Shown here piece by piece: positions 39,021-50,084 of a stretch of DNA of 64,000 nt. The number at the start of each line of letters is the position of its first letter. The stretch's first letter is position 1. The stretch is from the NCBI GenBank assembly GCA_965235115.1, contig OZ249445.1, forward strand, positions 13,082,001-13,146,000, in the 5' to 3' direction. Below the pieces are notes generated by a model, which made no database searches, was not told the DNA's origin, and saw only the letters and a program-made list of their open reading frames with translations. The stretch is from Laetmonice hystrix (lineage: Eukaryota). The translations under genes and the position numbers were made by a program.

Positions 39021-39406
39021 TGTTGAGCTCTTTGTTGGCGAAGGCAGGCATTTCCATGCTCGGACTAACGTCACTGTCATCCACAGTATGAGTTGCCCGA
39101 GAGACTTTTCTAGGCAACCTTACATCCTATGAATAGGCAGTGCGTTTTCATTGCATACTTGGAACTCTAACCTGTGTTCAACGTCTCTGTGAGATCTACA
39201 CAGGAGCACATAGCAGACATGTTGGGCTTGCGTCTTGTCTATTGTATTGGGCCTCGCAAAATCATGTTAAAATGTTTGTGGAACTTCGCCGATGCTTTGG
39301 TGAGCACCAGTGAATCCCAATTCATGGAAGGGTTTGGAATGCCTCACTGCATTTCAGGAGAATCTTTCACTCTGACACTATGTAATGTTGTGTGAAAAAC
39401 AATGTA

Positions 39407-39599
39407 CCGTATATGTCCCTTTAGCCACGCATGTGCGTGTGCAGAAAAGCAGTGCGCGGCAATAGGGAGGTTGTGCCGGGAGCTTACAAAATTTTACACT
39501 AGGTGACGCATCAAATACGGGTTTCCGGCACAGCTTGTTTGAAAAAATGCAGGGGGTGCGTGGCAAATAGGTAGTGCGCGGCTAAAGGGACATATATGG
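39407..39599. mobile_element. pogo/Tigger-type MITE (193 bp)
   Basis: TA|ccgtatatgtccctttagccacgca ... tgcgcggctaaagggacatatatgg|TA. Confidence 0.85.
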
Positions 39600-39783
39600 T
39601 AAACGGAACACATGCATTTGCTACTGGGCAGAAAAGATAAAAAAAACTTCACCTGATGCATGTCAGAGTATAGTGTGAAATGTAAGAAAATTTTAGCGAT
39701 TTTCTAATATTACTTGCTGCATGTTACGTGTACGAATATTTGCAAAGTCAAATAGGGACAATACCTGCATGTTACCTGCAGTA

Positions 39784-40591
39784 AAAGTTAAAAAATAATT
39801 CATTTTTTTACGCAATGACTGACCTACCACACACACACACACATGACAGTTTCAGTTCAGAGAGACATAAAATATTTAATTTTACTTAAAGAAAGACCCT
39901 AGTCTTGTCTGTTTCATTTCATTTATGGCTTTTCTAGACTCTTCTTTTAGCAAGTCTTGCAGTTTGTATTGCAGTCCAGCATCTGAGTATTCTGCTGTTG
40001 CAGAGCAAAGTCTGAAATATGGCACGGTTTCAGTTCAGAGAGACAAAACATATTTAATTTTATTTAAAAAAACAGTCTTGTCTGTTTCATTTCATTTACG
40101 GCTTTTCTAGACTCTTCTTTTAGCATGCCGTTTTTTCAACAGGCATGGTAGTAGGAGGGGGAGCAAAACCGTTAGCTTAATGTGTGATGAAAGCCTGGCG
40201 GGGAAGGTGAGAGACTGGGCCTAGCAGCCGTGGTGGGGCCGTGGGGATGGAAGTCGGGCGGGTAAGGTGAGACACGTGGCCGGCCATGGTGGGATGGAAG
40301 TGGGTGGGGGGGGGGGGGCGTGTTGGTGTTGGGTCGGCAGGATGCCAGCCAGGCGGGTATGGGGAGACAACAGTGTTATGACTAGCCACGGCTGGCTGAT
40401 TCTCAAAGGCTGGTCGCTGATAAGGGGTGACCAGTGGAGTTGGTGCAGGGATATGCCGGTCGCTGGTCGTTAGTGCCGGGTGGTCGCTTATAAGGGTGGA
40501 ATTATAGTGTGAAGTGGTTAATGCAAGGAAATGCGGTCGCTAGAGGCGGGTGGTCGCTTATAAGGGGTGGTCTTTAACAGGGGGACCACTG
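39784..40591. mobile_element. Insertion at a TA with a pogo-like MITE right end
   Basis: Absent from copy 1 (ctgcagTAcgacc) versus ctgcagTA[insert]TAcaacc here. The right end has ggtcgcttataaggg subrepeats and ggggaccactg; no matching left TIR. Confidence 0.55.
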
Positions 40592-40954
40592 TACAACCAA
40601 AAATCGCAATCAATTGAAAGAAAAACGTGCAATGATTCCACCACCATTGGATTTAAACTGGAAGGGAATTCCCTCACGTGACTTTCTACGCAGTTATTAA
40701 TGACGCAGCCAAACAAGATCGTCCTCATCGTCCAGCAAGCCATATAGCGATCAATAGTAGCCCAGACATAACTCATATTTTATAATATAACGAAATATAT
40801 CCGTATCATCTGTCGTATTCACATTATGTAGACAGGAGGGGGGACGAGTGGGCCTCCAAGGTTGATATTTTTTGCTGTTAACAATCCGGCATAAGAGGGT
40901 TTCACCGGTTGTAATCTCTGTTCTGCCCTGGGCCTCGCCGCCCGGCGTGCTCAG

Positions 40955-41126
40955 TCAGCGTGCACGCCCGTATATAGACCAGTCATACATAGGTTAACCA
41001 TCTTTCGCACTGGTTGGAAATGTATTCCATGAAACGAATGATGGTACTTTGGGTCAGTGCCTTAAGCTGGTCGAAGGCCGATGAAATGTATCCAGCGGGG
41101 AGGTAGGGAAGGGACAGGACAGGACA
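40955..41126 (-). pseudogene. Probable Mutator (MULE) transposase fragment
   Basis: VLSLPYLPAGYISSAFDQLKALTQSTIIRFMEYISNQ then, after a frameshift, DWSIYGRA; resembles the MULE L.LP.LP...I..AF..L....Y....W / WS.YG..RTNN region. Absent from copy 1 of the host element. Confidence 0.55.
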
Positions 41127-41377
41127 GCACCAAAGCGCTTTCGAACACCGGCATTGTAAGCTGTTCAAAAGCCAATAACTTCCCGTAAATTCATCCAGCA
41201 ATTAAAAGCAGCCCCGATATAGACTAGGCCTTTCGATCTATCCTGATTCTGAGCATAATTCTTACGATTCTTCACTGAATCAGTTATGGTAGCCTGCAAG
41301 CAGCATGTTGTTGGGAAAGCCCTCCCCCTGGCAGGTGCGAGCCTCGCTTTCGTCTAGCGCAATGCACCCTGGGGGAC

Positions 41378-41542
41378 AGTGCTTGGCTCAGGCCAAACTG
41401 TGTATGACGTCACGTTTCTGTGAGTGGATGATTGTAAACACCCTAGGCAAAAAAGCGTGCCGAGTTTTTCAGAACCGATCAAGTGCTTGGCTCAGGCCAA
41501 ACTGTGTATGACGTCACGTTTCTGTGAGTGGATGATTGTAAA
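41378..41542 (+). repeat. 104-bp tandem duplication; second copy interrupted by the retrotransposon and resuming at 51930-51977
   Basis: agtgcttggctcaggccaaactgtgtatgacgtcacg... at 41378 and 41482. Confidence 0.9.
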
Positions 41543-43387
41543 TGTGACCCTCGTATAGGTAGCGTCAGGGTCGGTTGGGGGATACAAAGGACTTTAATGC
41601 GCTGTTGCTGTTTTAAAGCATTTTATTTCAGTATTCACTCGACAAGTGCCAATGTTGCAGTGCCCAAAACAGGTCAGGGGCTAATACCCGAAAAAATGGA
41701 AAAAAAGACAATTATTAACATGGATCAACATGGTTCAGTTATGACCAACCTTACCAACCCCTGTCACGTTTAGTTCTTAATTACATACACTGCAAGTATA
41801 GTATAATATTCTTGATGTCTGTTATTTCCTTTACATGTACATATTTCTCATAGTATTAACTCTTATGTTACACTCTTAACACTCCGATCTTCCTCATAGT
41901 AATGCACACATAACTCTTCTGTGATACGACTAACACTCAAGGCTGAGTTAACAGCTGTACCGAATACGTGAAAAATAATAGGACTACAACTAAAATGCGA
42001 AATGATGACAGTAATACAACAAACCACAAAATTAGGATAACACACCTATGACAGAGCCATCTAGTCTCAGCTTTTACCAGTGCCATAAGGGACCTCTACA
42101 GTGCTTACTCCTGAGCACTCAACTGGGGGGATTCTCCCCTCAGATAGAGATATAACGTAAGAAACCTAGAAATTTGAATATAACATAAATGATAATAGAA
42201 AAGTATGCGGGAATCCCACAACTGCACTAACTAGCGGAAGCTCTGTTCTATATACGCATGTTGCCTGTGCTTATTTCACTTGGATATGATAACCACACCA
42301 TATAAACCTTCTGTCATGTCTCAAATAATCAATTTATCCTTGAACCTTGTGCTCACCTGATATTTAGTGAACGTTGTATATAACACGGTAACTCTCCTCA
42401 CCCTAAAGTAACCATTGGGAATAATCCCTCAGAAAATATCCTTTAATCTCCTCTTTTAAGGTTTAAAGTGGCGGTAAATAAACACTACTTACTACCAGTG
42501 GATTCATGCTGTATGACCAGCATTTAACTGGACATGTTTGGAAAACCACTGAGACTATACCACAAATATACCTTTTCGGAGAAACTACATAAACAAAGGT
42601 CGGAATTTACCATGAAAATAGGGCAAATCCATCGCACACTAATTTACAAACCAACTCAAGCTAGTAACTGGTTAATCACCCATTAGTGAACTAGAGTCTT
42701 ACTTTCCATAGTCGAGAGCACTGTGTGTACACCTTCTTCACCAACTCTTGTTAAATAATATATATATCCTTACAACTTACATATAAGTTCATGGATTGCA
42801 GTAACCGTCTGCTGATACATATTACTAATCCTCTCCCTGACTCTCAGTCTCACCATTAGCCTACATCCGTTTCATGGACACCACGTGTGCTGCCACATGG
42901 CTGTCCTCACTCCATGTGCTTACTATTGCCCTGCACTATAATACTGCTTCTAATCTTCCCATAGGACTCACTTTGTTCTGTACGGGCGGTATACTTTCGC
43001 TGATAGTAGAACTATCCTAACCCGAATCAAGGAAAAGTAAATAGAGAAATATACCAGATTTAAGAAAAGACTCACCAGTATAAGGATTCTGTCTGTGAAG
43101 CTGTGTCTTATGTGATGGTCTGCAGGCAAGTGGCAGAGCCCTGCTCCTGCCTCCCGCACATGTGCTCAGCATGGGTCATTGCAGGGGGCAGGGGTGGTCA
43201 AGTGGCGCTGACCTTTGACATCAGTAGCGTACGGTGCGACTGACCTGCCCCACACCCATAAACACCCCCACCCTGGAGTGGGATGGACCTCCCCTCTTCC
43301 TGCAACCCCAGCAGCCCTAACCAGGGGTCCCAGATGGGTGACCCTGCAGGGGCCACATATGGGTGTATGATATCCTCCAGGGTTACA
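41543..43387 (-). repeat. 3' LTR (1845 bp)
   Basis: tgtgaccc ... gggttaca; constant 8542-bp offset to the other LTR, identical ORF-track entries, no mismatch at spots checked by eye. Confidence 0.97.
41622..41627 (-). terminator. Candidate polyadenylation signal AATAAA, ~80 bp from the LTR end
   Basis: + strand tttatt; equivalent site at 50164-50169. Confidence 0.5.
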
Positions 43388-43400
43388 TACTCCCCTGTTC
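43388..43400 (-). other. Polypurine tract
   Basis: Minus strand gaacaggggagta immediately before the TGTAACC start of the 3' LTR. Confidence 0.85.
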
Positions 43401-43437
43401 AAATTCGCTGGACCTCCAGCGAACTCACACTACGACT

Positions 43438-46400
43438 CTACTGCCTAGCACCAGCAATCATCTGTGCCAGGAGTAGCTGTGTCTGTGCTATTTGTGCAAG
43501 TACAGTCTCATCTGTCGCCTCCCTACAGACTTCCTCTGAATTAGCAGCCTTTGGAAGATGGTGACGGTTTCCATGGAGACCTGCAGTGGTTCGCTTGGAC
43601 CGCCTGGGGGCTGGCTGTGGCCTTTCGGATACGTCGTCATCTGACTCTATTGCCCCCGGCGTCTCACGCTGCTCCCCTGTTCTTTCTATTGCAGGCCCCT
43701 CATCCCTTGCTTGACCCTGGGGAACTGCTTCCTCCTGCTGCTGTATGGGGCCCTCAGGATCACATCCAACCCTGGGACCTGGATCACCTTGGGACTCCCT
43801 TGTTCTGTGGGTACCAGAGGTACTGGCAAAGACCCCTTCCCCTCGGTGTGGTCTGACTCTGGGTCGTACAGCTGGCCTAGGTGCCTGGCTGCAAAAGAGG
43901 ACCCTCCCCTCCCCCTCAGAATCAGAGCTGCCACTTTCCTCAAGGAGCGGCCTCTCCTTCTCCTTCCTAGGGAGTACAGGATGGGTATCTTGATGGTTCA
44001 GTTGATCTCCCCCTAAGTCACCAAGGACTGGCTCAGGAGCCTGCAGGATGTCCCTACGATTGAGGGTTTTCCTAGGACCTCCCCCCTGCAATGGCTCGAC
44101 CATGTACACAGGGCCCTGGGGATCTGGCCGGGCTACAACTTGGTAGGGAGTTGAATCCCAGTAGTCTTGCATCTTGTTCCGGCCAACAACTGACCGATTA
44201 CGGATAAAGACATGTGTCCCAACTTTCACCCCTTGGTCATTGGCTTTAGGCTCATGGTAGGCCTTGCGCCGTAGAGCCTCCTGCTGACTGTTATGGGTGG
44301 CCTTGGCAAAGGCATCGGCCAACCTCCTGTAGTGGTCGGCTACCCACTCATCCACCCCTCTATTAGGTCTGCCCTCTCTGTGGCCCCCAACCCCAAAAAG
44401 CTGGTCCACTGGGAGCCGCGGTTCCCGACCAAAGAAAAGATAACATGGGGAATACCCCGTTGAAGAATGCGGGGTGGCATTATAGGAAAATACCAGTTCT
44501 GGCAAATGTTCAGGCCACCTCTGCTTTTGGGCGGGCAAGAGTGTCCTCAGCCGATCATGCATGGTCCTGTTAAATCTTTCACACTGCCCGTTGCCCTCTG
44601 GATGGTAGGGTGTGGTCCTTGATTTCTGTATGCCATAGATCCCACACAACTCTTGGACAACCTCGCTCTCAAAGTTGCGACCCTGATCACTGTGGATGCG
44701 GTTGGGCACGCCAAACCGAACAAACCAATCACGCACTAACACTCGGGCCACAGTTCTTGCCTTCTGGTCGCGAGTAGGGACTGCCTGTGTGAACTTAGTG
44801 AAAACGTCAGTCATGACCAACACATTCTCATACCCTCCAGCTCCTACCTCAAGTACTGTGAAATCTATTGCCAGGATCTCAAGCGGCCTTCGGGCTTGGA
44901 GTGACCCCATGGGGCTTATCACTTTCTGCCCCGCCTTAGCCAGCAAACATCTGTGACAGTGACGGAGATGCTGCTCTACATCTTTTTGGAGGGACGGCCA
45001 ATGAAAACGTGCTCTCAGCAGTTGCACTGTGCGCTCAATACCCTGGTGTCCTGCTTCATCATGCAGGGCCACCATCACCCTCTCCCTACAGCATGCTGGG
45101 AGAAGCAACTGGATCACTTCCTCCCCACCAATGTTGGCTCTACGATAAAGTACTCCCTCTTTTGTCACCAACTGTGGGAGACAACGTAACAGCTTTTTGA
45201 CCCCTTTGCTCTCTTTAGCAATCTGCCTTTTTGAAGGGTGCCTTCCCTGCTTGTGAAAGTGGAAAAGACGTGACATTTCTGGATCTGCCTGCTGCCGTTC
45301 AACCAACTCAGTGGAGGACAACTGTGGTAGTGTGTGGGTAGTGATAGGCTCTGTCCCCGACCCCCGGGTTTGCACTTCCTGCAACCAGACTGGGTCCATG
45401 TGGTTTGCCCACTCCTTTCTTAACTTGGGTGGCATTGCAGTGCACTGTGTGGCAGAAGGGATGACCTGAAGTACCACTTCCTCTATTGCCTCATGACGCC
45501 AATCAGCTGGCGCTTGGCCATGATCACTTTTTCGAGACAAGGCGTCAGCATTTGCATTGGCTTTGCCCGACCGATACCGGATATCAAAGTCAAACATTGC
45601 CAGCTCAGCTGCCCAGCGAGTCTCTACTGCTCCCAGCTTGGCACTACTCTGGAAGTATGACAAGGGGTTGTTGTCCGTGTACACAGTGAACCTCGACCCA
45701 ATCAGCAAGTCCCTAAATTTGACTGTCACTGCCCAGCGCAACGCTAATAACTCCAACTTCATGGAACTGTAATTTGACATGTTCCGCTCATTTGGCCGCA
45801 ACCCACGACTGGCATATGCCAGAACAACCCTGCCCCCTTCCTGGTCCTGAGACAAAACCGCTCCCAGACCCTTGTAACTCGCATCGGTCTCCAGAATGAA
45901 AGGTTTGGTGTAATCCGGATACCCCAAGACAGGTGCATGAGTGAGCCTGTCCTTCAACTGCTGGAAGGCACCCTGACACTCCTCAGACCACTTCCACTCC
46001 TTACCTGCCTCAACCACCTTTCTCTTTCCTCTCTTTCTGGCAGGCCCTAAAAGCCCATGAAGTGGGGCCGCAATACTGGCATAGCCAGGCACAAACCTCC
46101 GATAATATCCGGCCAGTCCCAAAAATGACCTAACGTCATGCTCTGATTGGGGCACAGGCCACTCCGCCACTGCCCTGATCTTCTCAGGATCTGGCGCCAC
46201 TCCCTCTGCCGATACCCTATGTCCTAGGTAGACAACATCCGGCCTGCCCAACTTACATTTCTCTGGCTTTACCTTTAAGCCCCACTGACCCAACCGGGTC
46301 AGCACCAGATCAAGACGCTCCACCATTTCATCGAACGTTCGCCCGAACACCAAAATATCATCTAAATAGATAAGGAGGAACTGGAAGTTAACGTCCCCAA

Positions 46401-47880
46401 AAATTTTGTCCATCAACCTCATGAAGGTTGCAGGGGCATTACAAAGGCCAAAGGGCATCCGCGTATACTGGTAAAGCCCACCGGTACCAACCCTGAAAGC
46501 CGTCTTTTCACAATCCTCCTCGCGCATGGGCACCTGGTAGTAGCCATGGGCCAGATCGAGGGCACAGAAGTAACGAGCTCCCTTTAGGGCGTCAAGGGCC
46601 TCCTCAATCCTGGGTAGAGGATAGGCATCACGGTGTGTTTTGGCATTAAGGGCGCGGTAATCAACACACACACGCAACTTTCCATCCTTCTTGCGTAGAA
46701 GGACAAGTGGGGCGGCATATGGACTAGAAGACTCTTGAATTATACCCTGCTCTAATGACTTTTGTAAATATGCCCTCACCTCTGCCCATTGATGGGGTGG
46801 GACCATGCGATGTGGGACCTTGACAGGCACATCATCCTTCAAGATTATCCGGTGCTCTACAGCAGTGCACAGGCCGACATCATCATCATCTTGGGAAAAT
46901 GTACCCTCATGGCGAAGGATCGCGTCTTTCAGCAGCTGCTTTTGCTCAGCAGACAACTCTGAGGACACATCCACCCTTTCCCATACATCTTGCACTACAG
47001 CCTCACTACCTGTAACATCACTACCTAACTGCCTACCCACCTGCTCAAATGTAACGGTCTGTTCATCCTGCCGTGACCTAACCCTAGGTGTCGCCTCTGC
47101 TGCAGCCAGCTTACCTATCAATGATCCTGCAGTAAGGTAGACATCACTGTCCCCCCAATTAGCAACCTGGACTGGGACCCTACCCTGAGCAGTGACCGTT
47201 ACTGCGCAGCGACCCACTGACACACTTGCTGGCAAAGATCCACTTCCCTCCACCTTCTCGACCAAACCTACAAAGGGTTGCTCTGCTCTTCTGGTGGTAC
47301 AAGAAACTACAACCAGGGAGCGTGCTGGCAACCTCACTGGCTGACGACCAGCGACTCGGACAAGAGAGGGTGTGGCCCCTTTTGCCTGGACCTCCTCACA
47401 CTGAGCTAGGGCTAGCCCCCAGCCATCGTCCCCACTTAGTTTCTTTCCCCTAAGCCTTTCCTGCACCCTCCTCAGAATATTACATCCTATGACCCCTGGA
47501 ACCCTTTTTTTTCTAACTGCCATAGACCCAGTAGGGTCCTTCACTACTAAGAAGCCCATACCCTCCAGGGTTTCTCCCTCTACCTTTAAGTCTAACTCCA
47601 CATAACCTAAATAGGGAACTTCTAAGCCCTGGGCCCCACTGATCTTCAAAAACCTCGACACATCAGTAATCTCCTTCCCTGACAGGTGTTTCATGAAAAA
47701 CTCCTCAGTCACTGTGGAGACTGCAGCACCTGTGTCCAACAAACACCTTACCCCATCGACTGGTCCCAAACCAACAATAGCCTCGGGGCACACTCCCACT
47801 GCATTCTCCAACACTGAGCCTGCTCCTACTTCCTGGCAGCCCACCACGTGGCCCTCCGTGGGAGGCTCTGCTAGTTTAAC
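43438..47880 (-). CDS. pol: Pol polyprotein (protease, RT, RNase H, integrase, long low-complexity C-tail), predicted to be entered by -1 frameshift
   Basis: LLDTGA (DTG at 47728-47736), RMPFGLCNAPATF, IYLDD (YLDD at 46357-46368), LETDAS..GLGAVLSQ, HHCC, IDF / SDQGRNFES / NGQCERFN, GPY/F-like domain. Uninterrupted 1469-aa ORF; the frame is open upstream to the slip site. Confidence 0.97.
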   Translation of the reverse strand, partial: VKLAEPPTEGHVVGCQEVGAGSVLENAVGVCPEAIVGLGPVDGVRCLLDTGAAVSTVTEEFFMKHLSGKEITDVSRFLKISGAQGLEVPYLGYVELDLKVEGETLEGMGFLVVKDPTGSMAVRKKRVPGVIGCNILRRVQERLRGKKLSGDDGWGLALAQCEEVQAKGATPSLVRVAGRQPVRLPARSLVVVSCTTRRAEQPFVGLVEKVEGSGSLPASVSVGRCAVTVTAQGRVPVQVANWGDSDVYLTAGSLIGKLAAAEATPRVRSRQDEQTVTFEQVGRQLGSDVTGSEAVVQDVWERVDVSSELSAEQKQLLKDAILRHEGTFSQDDDDVGLCTAVEHRIILKDDVPVKVPHRMVPPHQWAEVRAYLQKSLEQGIIQESSSPYAAPLVLLRKKDGKLRVCVDYRALNAKTHRDAYPLPRIEEALDALKGARYFCALDLAHGYYQVPMREEDCEKTAFRVGTGGLYQYTRMPFGLCNAPATFMRLMDKIFGDVNFQFLLIYLDDILVFGRTFDEMVERLDLVLTRLGQWGLKVKPEKCKLGRPDVVYLGHRVSAEGVAPDPEKIRAVAEWPVPQSEHDVRSFLGLAGYYRRFVPGYASIAAPLHGLLGPARKRGKRKVVEAGKEWKWSEECQGAFQQLKDRLTHAPVLGYPDYTKPFILETDASYKGLGAVLSQDQEGGRVVLAYASRGLRPNERNMSNYSSMKLELLALRWAVTVKFRDLLIGSRFTVYTDNNPLSYFQSSAKLGAVETRWAAELAMFDFDIRYRSGKANANADALSRKSDHGQAPADWRHEAIEEVVLQVIPSATQCTAMPPKLRKEWANHMDPVWLQEVQTRGSGTEPITTHTLPQLSSTELVERQQADPEMSRLFHFHKQGRHPSKRQIAKESKGVKKLLRCLPQLVTKEGVLYRRANIGGEEVIQLLLPACCRERVMVALHDEAGHQGIERTVQLLRARFHWPSLQKDVEQHLRHCHRCLLAKAGQKVISPMGSLQARRPLEILAIDFTVLEVGAGGYENVLVMTDVFTKFTQAVPTRDQKARTVARVLVRDWFVRFGVPNRIHSDQGRNFESEVVQELCGIYGIQKSRTTPYHPEGNGQCERFNRTMHDRLRTLLPAQKQRWPEHLPELVFSYNATPHSSTGYSPCYLFFGREPRLPVDQLFGVGGHREGRPNRGVDEWVADHYRRLADAFAKATHNSQQEALRRKAYHEPKANDQGVKVGTHVFIRNRSVVGRNKMQDYWDSTPYQVVARPDPQGPVYMVEPLQGGGPRKTLNRRDILQAPEPVLGDLGGDQLNHQDTHPVLPRKEKERPLLEESGSSDSEGEGRVLFCSQAPRPAVRPRVRPHRGEGVFASTSGTHRTRESQGDPGPRVGCDPEGPIQQQEEAVPQGQARDEGPAIERTGEQRETPGAIESDDDVSERPQPAPRRSKRTTAGLHGNRHHLPKAANSEEVCREATDETVLAQIAQTQLLLAQMIAGARQ

Positions 47881-49001
47881 GGTGGCTGACGAGGCTGTAC
47901 CTCCGGAGCATGGTTACGGTATGGACGCTGGCGCCCTCTCTCCTGCTGCTGACTCTCAGCCCCTCTACATTCTCGGGCAAAGTGCCCCTCTCTCCCACAC
48001 CTAAAGCACCTACCCTGGCGACGGTGGGTGGAGACCCGCTGCTGAGGTACTACCTGGCACCTTTCCAACAACTTCGCCAGTACCTCCCCCTGCTGGCGCA
48101 GCATCTCCGTCTGTTGTATCACTGCCGTCTCCAGGGCAGAGTGGGTGAGACCTCCAGTGGGTGCGCCTACCTCCTCAAACCCTACCTCCTCTGCCTGCAC
48201 CTTACCTCCACTACACCTCCAGTGCTGCAGAGCAAGATCGCGCATCCCAAACACACCAAGGCTGGACTGCTCGGTGTTTAGGCGTCGCATCTCCTGCTGC
48301 AGGACAGGGTCCGCTACCGCACCAGCTAACCGCTTTTTCAACACTTCATCCCGCCGACTTGCAAGCTGGGGATCTAATTTTGTCATCCGGTCATAAAGAT
48401 CGACCAAGTCAAGGGAGGCCGTGAGGACACTAATCCCCTCCACTTGTCGATAGGAGTAGAATCTTGCCTGGAGCTCATCTACAGCGACCCCATCGCCGAA
48501 CACCCGTTGTAACACCCCCAATGCCTCGTCTACATCCTTAGGGCCCCTCAACACAAGTTCCCTACGTGCTTCACCCTTGAGGTTATTTAGCACAAAACTA
48601 AGTGCAGCCTGACCCGAGAGGTGATGCAGCTTAACAGCCTGAAGCACTTCCTGGGTGAAGTCATTGACTGTCCGTGGATCACTGGCCGTAGGCTGTCCCA
48701 GATATTGCCTTATTTTGTGGCCCTCCAAGGTGTATGTGGCTGGGCCAGCCTCAGCTGCCAGTACTTGGACAGATGCCGCAACACTCGCATCTGCTGAGTC
48801 ACCCCCTTTGGACCCCCCTGGAGTGGCTACAGCCCCATCACTAACTGTCAGTGTCCCCTGGGTGGCCCGCGCCAAAGCTGACTCTGTAGCAGCTAACTTT
48901 TCCCGCAAGTCACGCACCTGTTCTTCCACCTCCCTCCTAGCTGCTTCTCTAAGTTTACTGGTTTCGGTCTCTAAAAGGGCACGGACAGCAGCCTCATCCA
49001 T
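47871..49001 (-). CDS. gag: Gag (376 aa from MDEAAVRALL) with N-terminal coiled coil, capsid-like core and CCHC knuckle
   Basis: Open ORF; CFRCGREGHFAREC at 47967-48008. The first ATG is 49001; the ORF track's upstream 20 codons overlap a polypyrimidine tract/acceptor. Confidence 0.93.
   Translation of the reverse strand: MDEAAVRALLETETSKLREAARREVEEQVRDLREKLAATESALARATQGTLTVSDGAVATPGGSKGGDSADASVAASVQVLAAEAGPATYTLEGHKIRQYLGQPTASDPRTVNDFTQEVLQAVKLHHLSGQAALSFVLNNLKGEARRELVLRGPKDVDEALGVLQRVFGDGVAVDELQARFYSYRQVEGISVLTASLDLVDLYDRMTKLDPQLASRRDEVLKKRLAGAVADPVLQQEMRRLNTEQSSLGVFGMRDLALQHWRCSGGKVQAEEVGFEEVGAPTGGLTHSALETAVIQQTEMLRQQGEVLAKLLERCQVVPQQRVSTHRRQGRCFRCGREGHFARECRGAESQQQERGRQRPYRNHAPEVQPRQPPLN
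47874..47880 (-). promoter_or_regulatory. Predicted -1 ribosomal frameshift heptamer G UUA AAC
   Basis: Last two gag codons TTA AAC precede TAG; the -1 frame GTT AAA CTA GCA... is the pol frame; a potential stem-loop follows. Confidence 0.75.
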
Positions 49002-49022
49002 AGTGAATACTAAAAGTTGAAG

Positions 49023-49110
49023 CTGTAAGAGTGAGAGAGAGGGTGGAGAAAAAAAGGACAACCCAATGGAAGGTCAGACCAATGGAGAGAGAGAAGGAGA
49101 GTAGGTCAAC
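49023..49110 (-). promoter_or_regulatory. Strong splice acceptor 21 nt upstream of the gag ATG
   Basis: Minus strand ...gtcctttttttctccaccctctctctcactcttacag|cttcaac; further pyrimidine runs upstream. Confidence 0.65.
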
Positions 49111-49860
49111 AGGTGAAATACCCAAAGTTATACCAGGACATGAATGGGTCCCATCATCTCCCTACCATTGGTGGGCAAAAAAAGAAAAAAGGTTCTTTCT
49201 CTAAATACACCCTGTACCAAGTTCCTGACTCCTAACAACCCTGAAACAGTTCATCCTAACAAACCGTTACTAATACCAATACCATGAATATCACCTTTAC
49301 ACACTGTATACCCTTACACCTGTATACCTTTACAAACGGTTTAATACTTTTAGGTCATGAAACATTCCATACACTCGACTAACATAGGCCAAATGTCCCA
49401 ATTTCTTGGCAAGAAATTTAATGAATTAAACAAAGTAACTCCAAGGCTACAGTAAGACACATTAATATGGAACGCTAGTACTCTCGGTCCACTTTTAACT
49501 TGATGGCCACACCTATAGCATTATCGTGACAACAACACTGGAAACATCACGTTACTTTGAACTCCGATATGTGGTATGAAGTAACCAACAGAATTACCAA
49601 CAATCTGATACAATGGAGCAAACTTAAGGCACATAACCACAGACTCCTTTAGTTACCTTTCGTTTTTCCTTTTCTTTACAAATAACCCTTCTGTTCTATT
49701 TTCTAGAACCACTTGACATTCTTACAGATGATAAGTCATCACAGCATTACCAACTGATGTATAAGAATCGGTCGGAAAAGAGTTTCTGCACACCTTGACA
49801 CAAGCCGCTTGTACTTGTACTTGTACTTGAACTTGTAGCCTACCCGCTAGCACTTCTGTG

Positions 49861-49914
49861 TCGCCCCCTGGTGGTCCTCTCATGGGTTGGCGCTGACGTC
49901 ACGCCCCCTGGTGG
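49861..49914 (-). promoter_or_regulatory. Two CTCF-consensus motifs in the retrotransposon 5' leader
   Basis: Minus strand ccaccagggggcg at 49861-49874 and 49901-49914, 40 bp apart, with a tgacgtca palindrome between them. Confidence 0.45.
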
Positions 49915-50063
49915 TCACCCTCACACCGTCGTCTGGTGGTTCCGCCTAGACTGCCGCTGCCTCACGCCTCAGTCGTCTCCCGGCCCGGTTCGTCTCCCTC
50001 CTGTAGGGGAGTCACCCCTGACCTGTGTTTTTGTGGCATCGTTTGATACTGCGCTGCCTTTGT

Positions 50064-50081
50064 ATCCCACCGCTGCCACCA
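50064..50081 (-). other. Primer-binding site complementary to the tRNA-Leu 3' end
   Basis: TGGTGGCAGCGGTGGGAT, 3 nt from the LTR; the complement ATCCCACCGCTGCCA+CCA matches the recalled 3' 18 nt of metazoan tRNA-Leu(AAG). Confidence 0.9.
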
Positions 50082-50084
50082 AAT

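Noticed and set aside
41130-41300. Reading the whole 40-41-kb host element as a MULE transposase (RGCF...GF*TAYN)
   Set aside because: That frame has a stop at the same position in both copies, while the YIG.AF..W frame is open there in both; MULE similarity is limited to the copy-2-specific insert.
43388-43560. env-like third ORF or chromodomain
   Set aside because: pol ends ~40 bp before the PPT; the tail is low-complexity with no chromodomain aromatic cage recognised.
43551-49020. Antisense ORFs over gag and pol
   Set aside because: Short shadow frames of a GC-rich coding strand with no recognisable motifs.
50064-50081. tRNA-Leu gene
   Set aside because: Only the 3' 18 nt including CCA are present, next to the LTR; this is a PBS.
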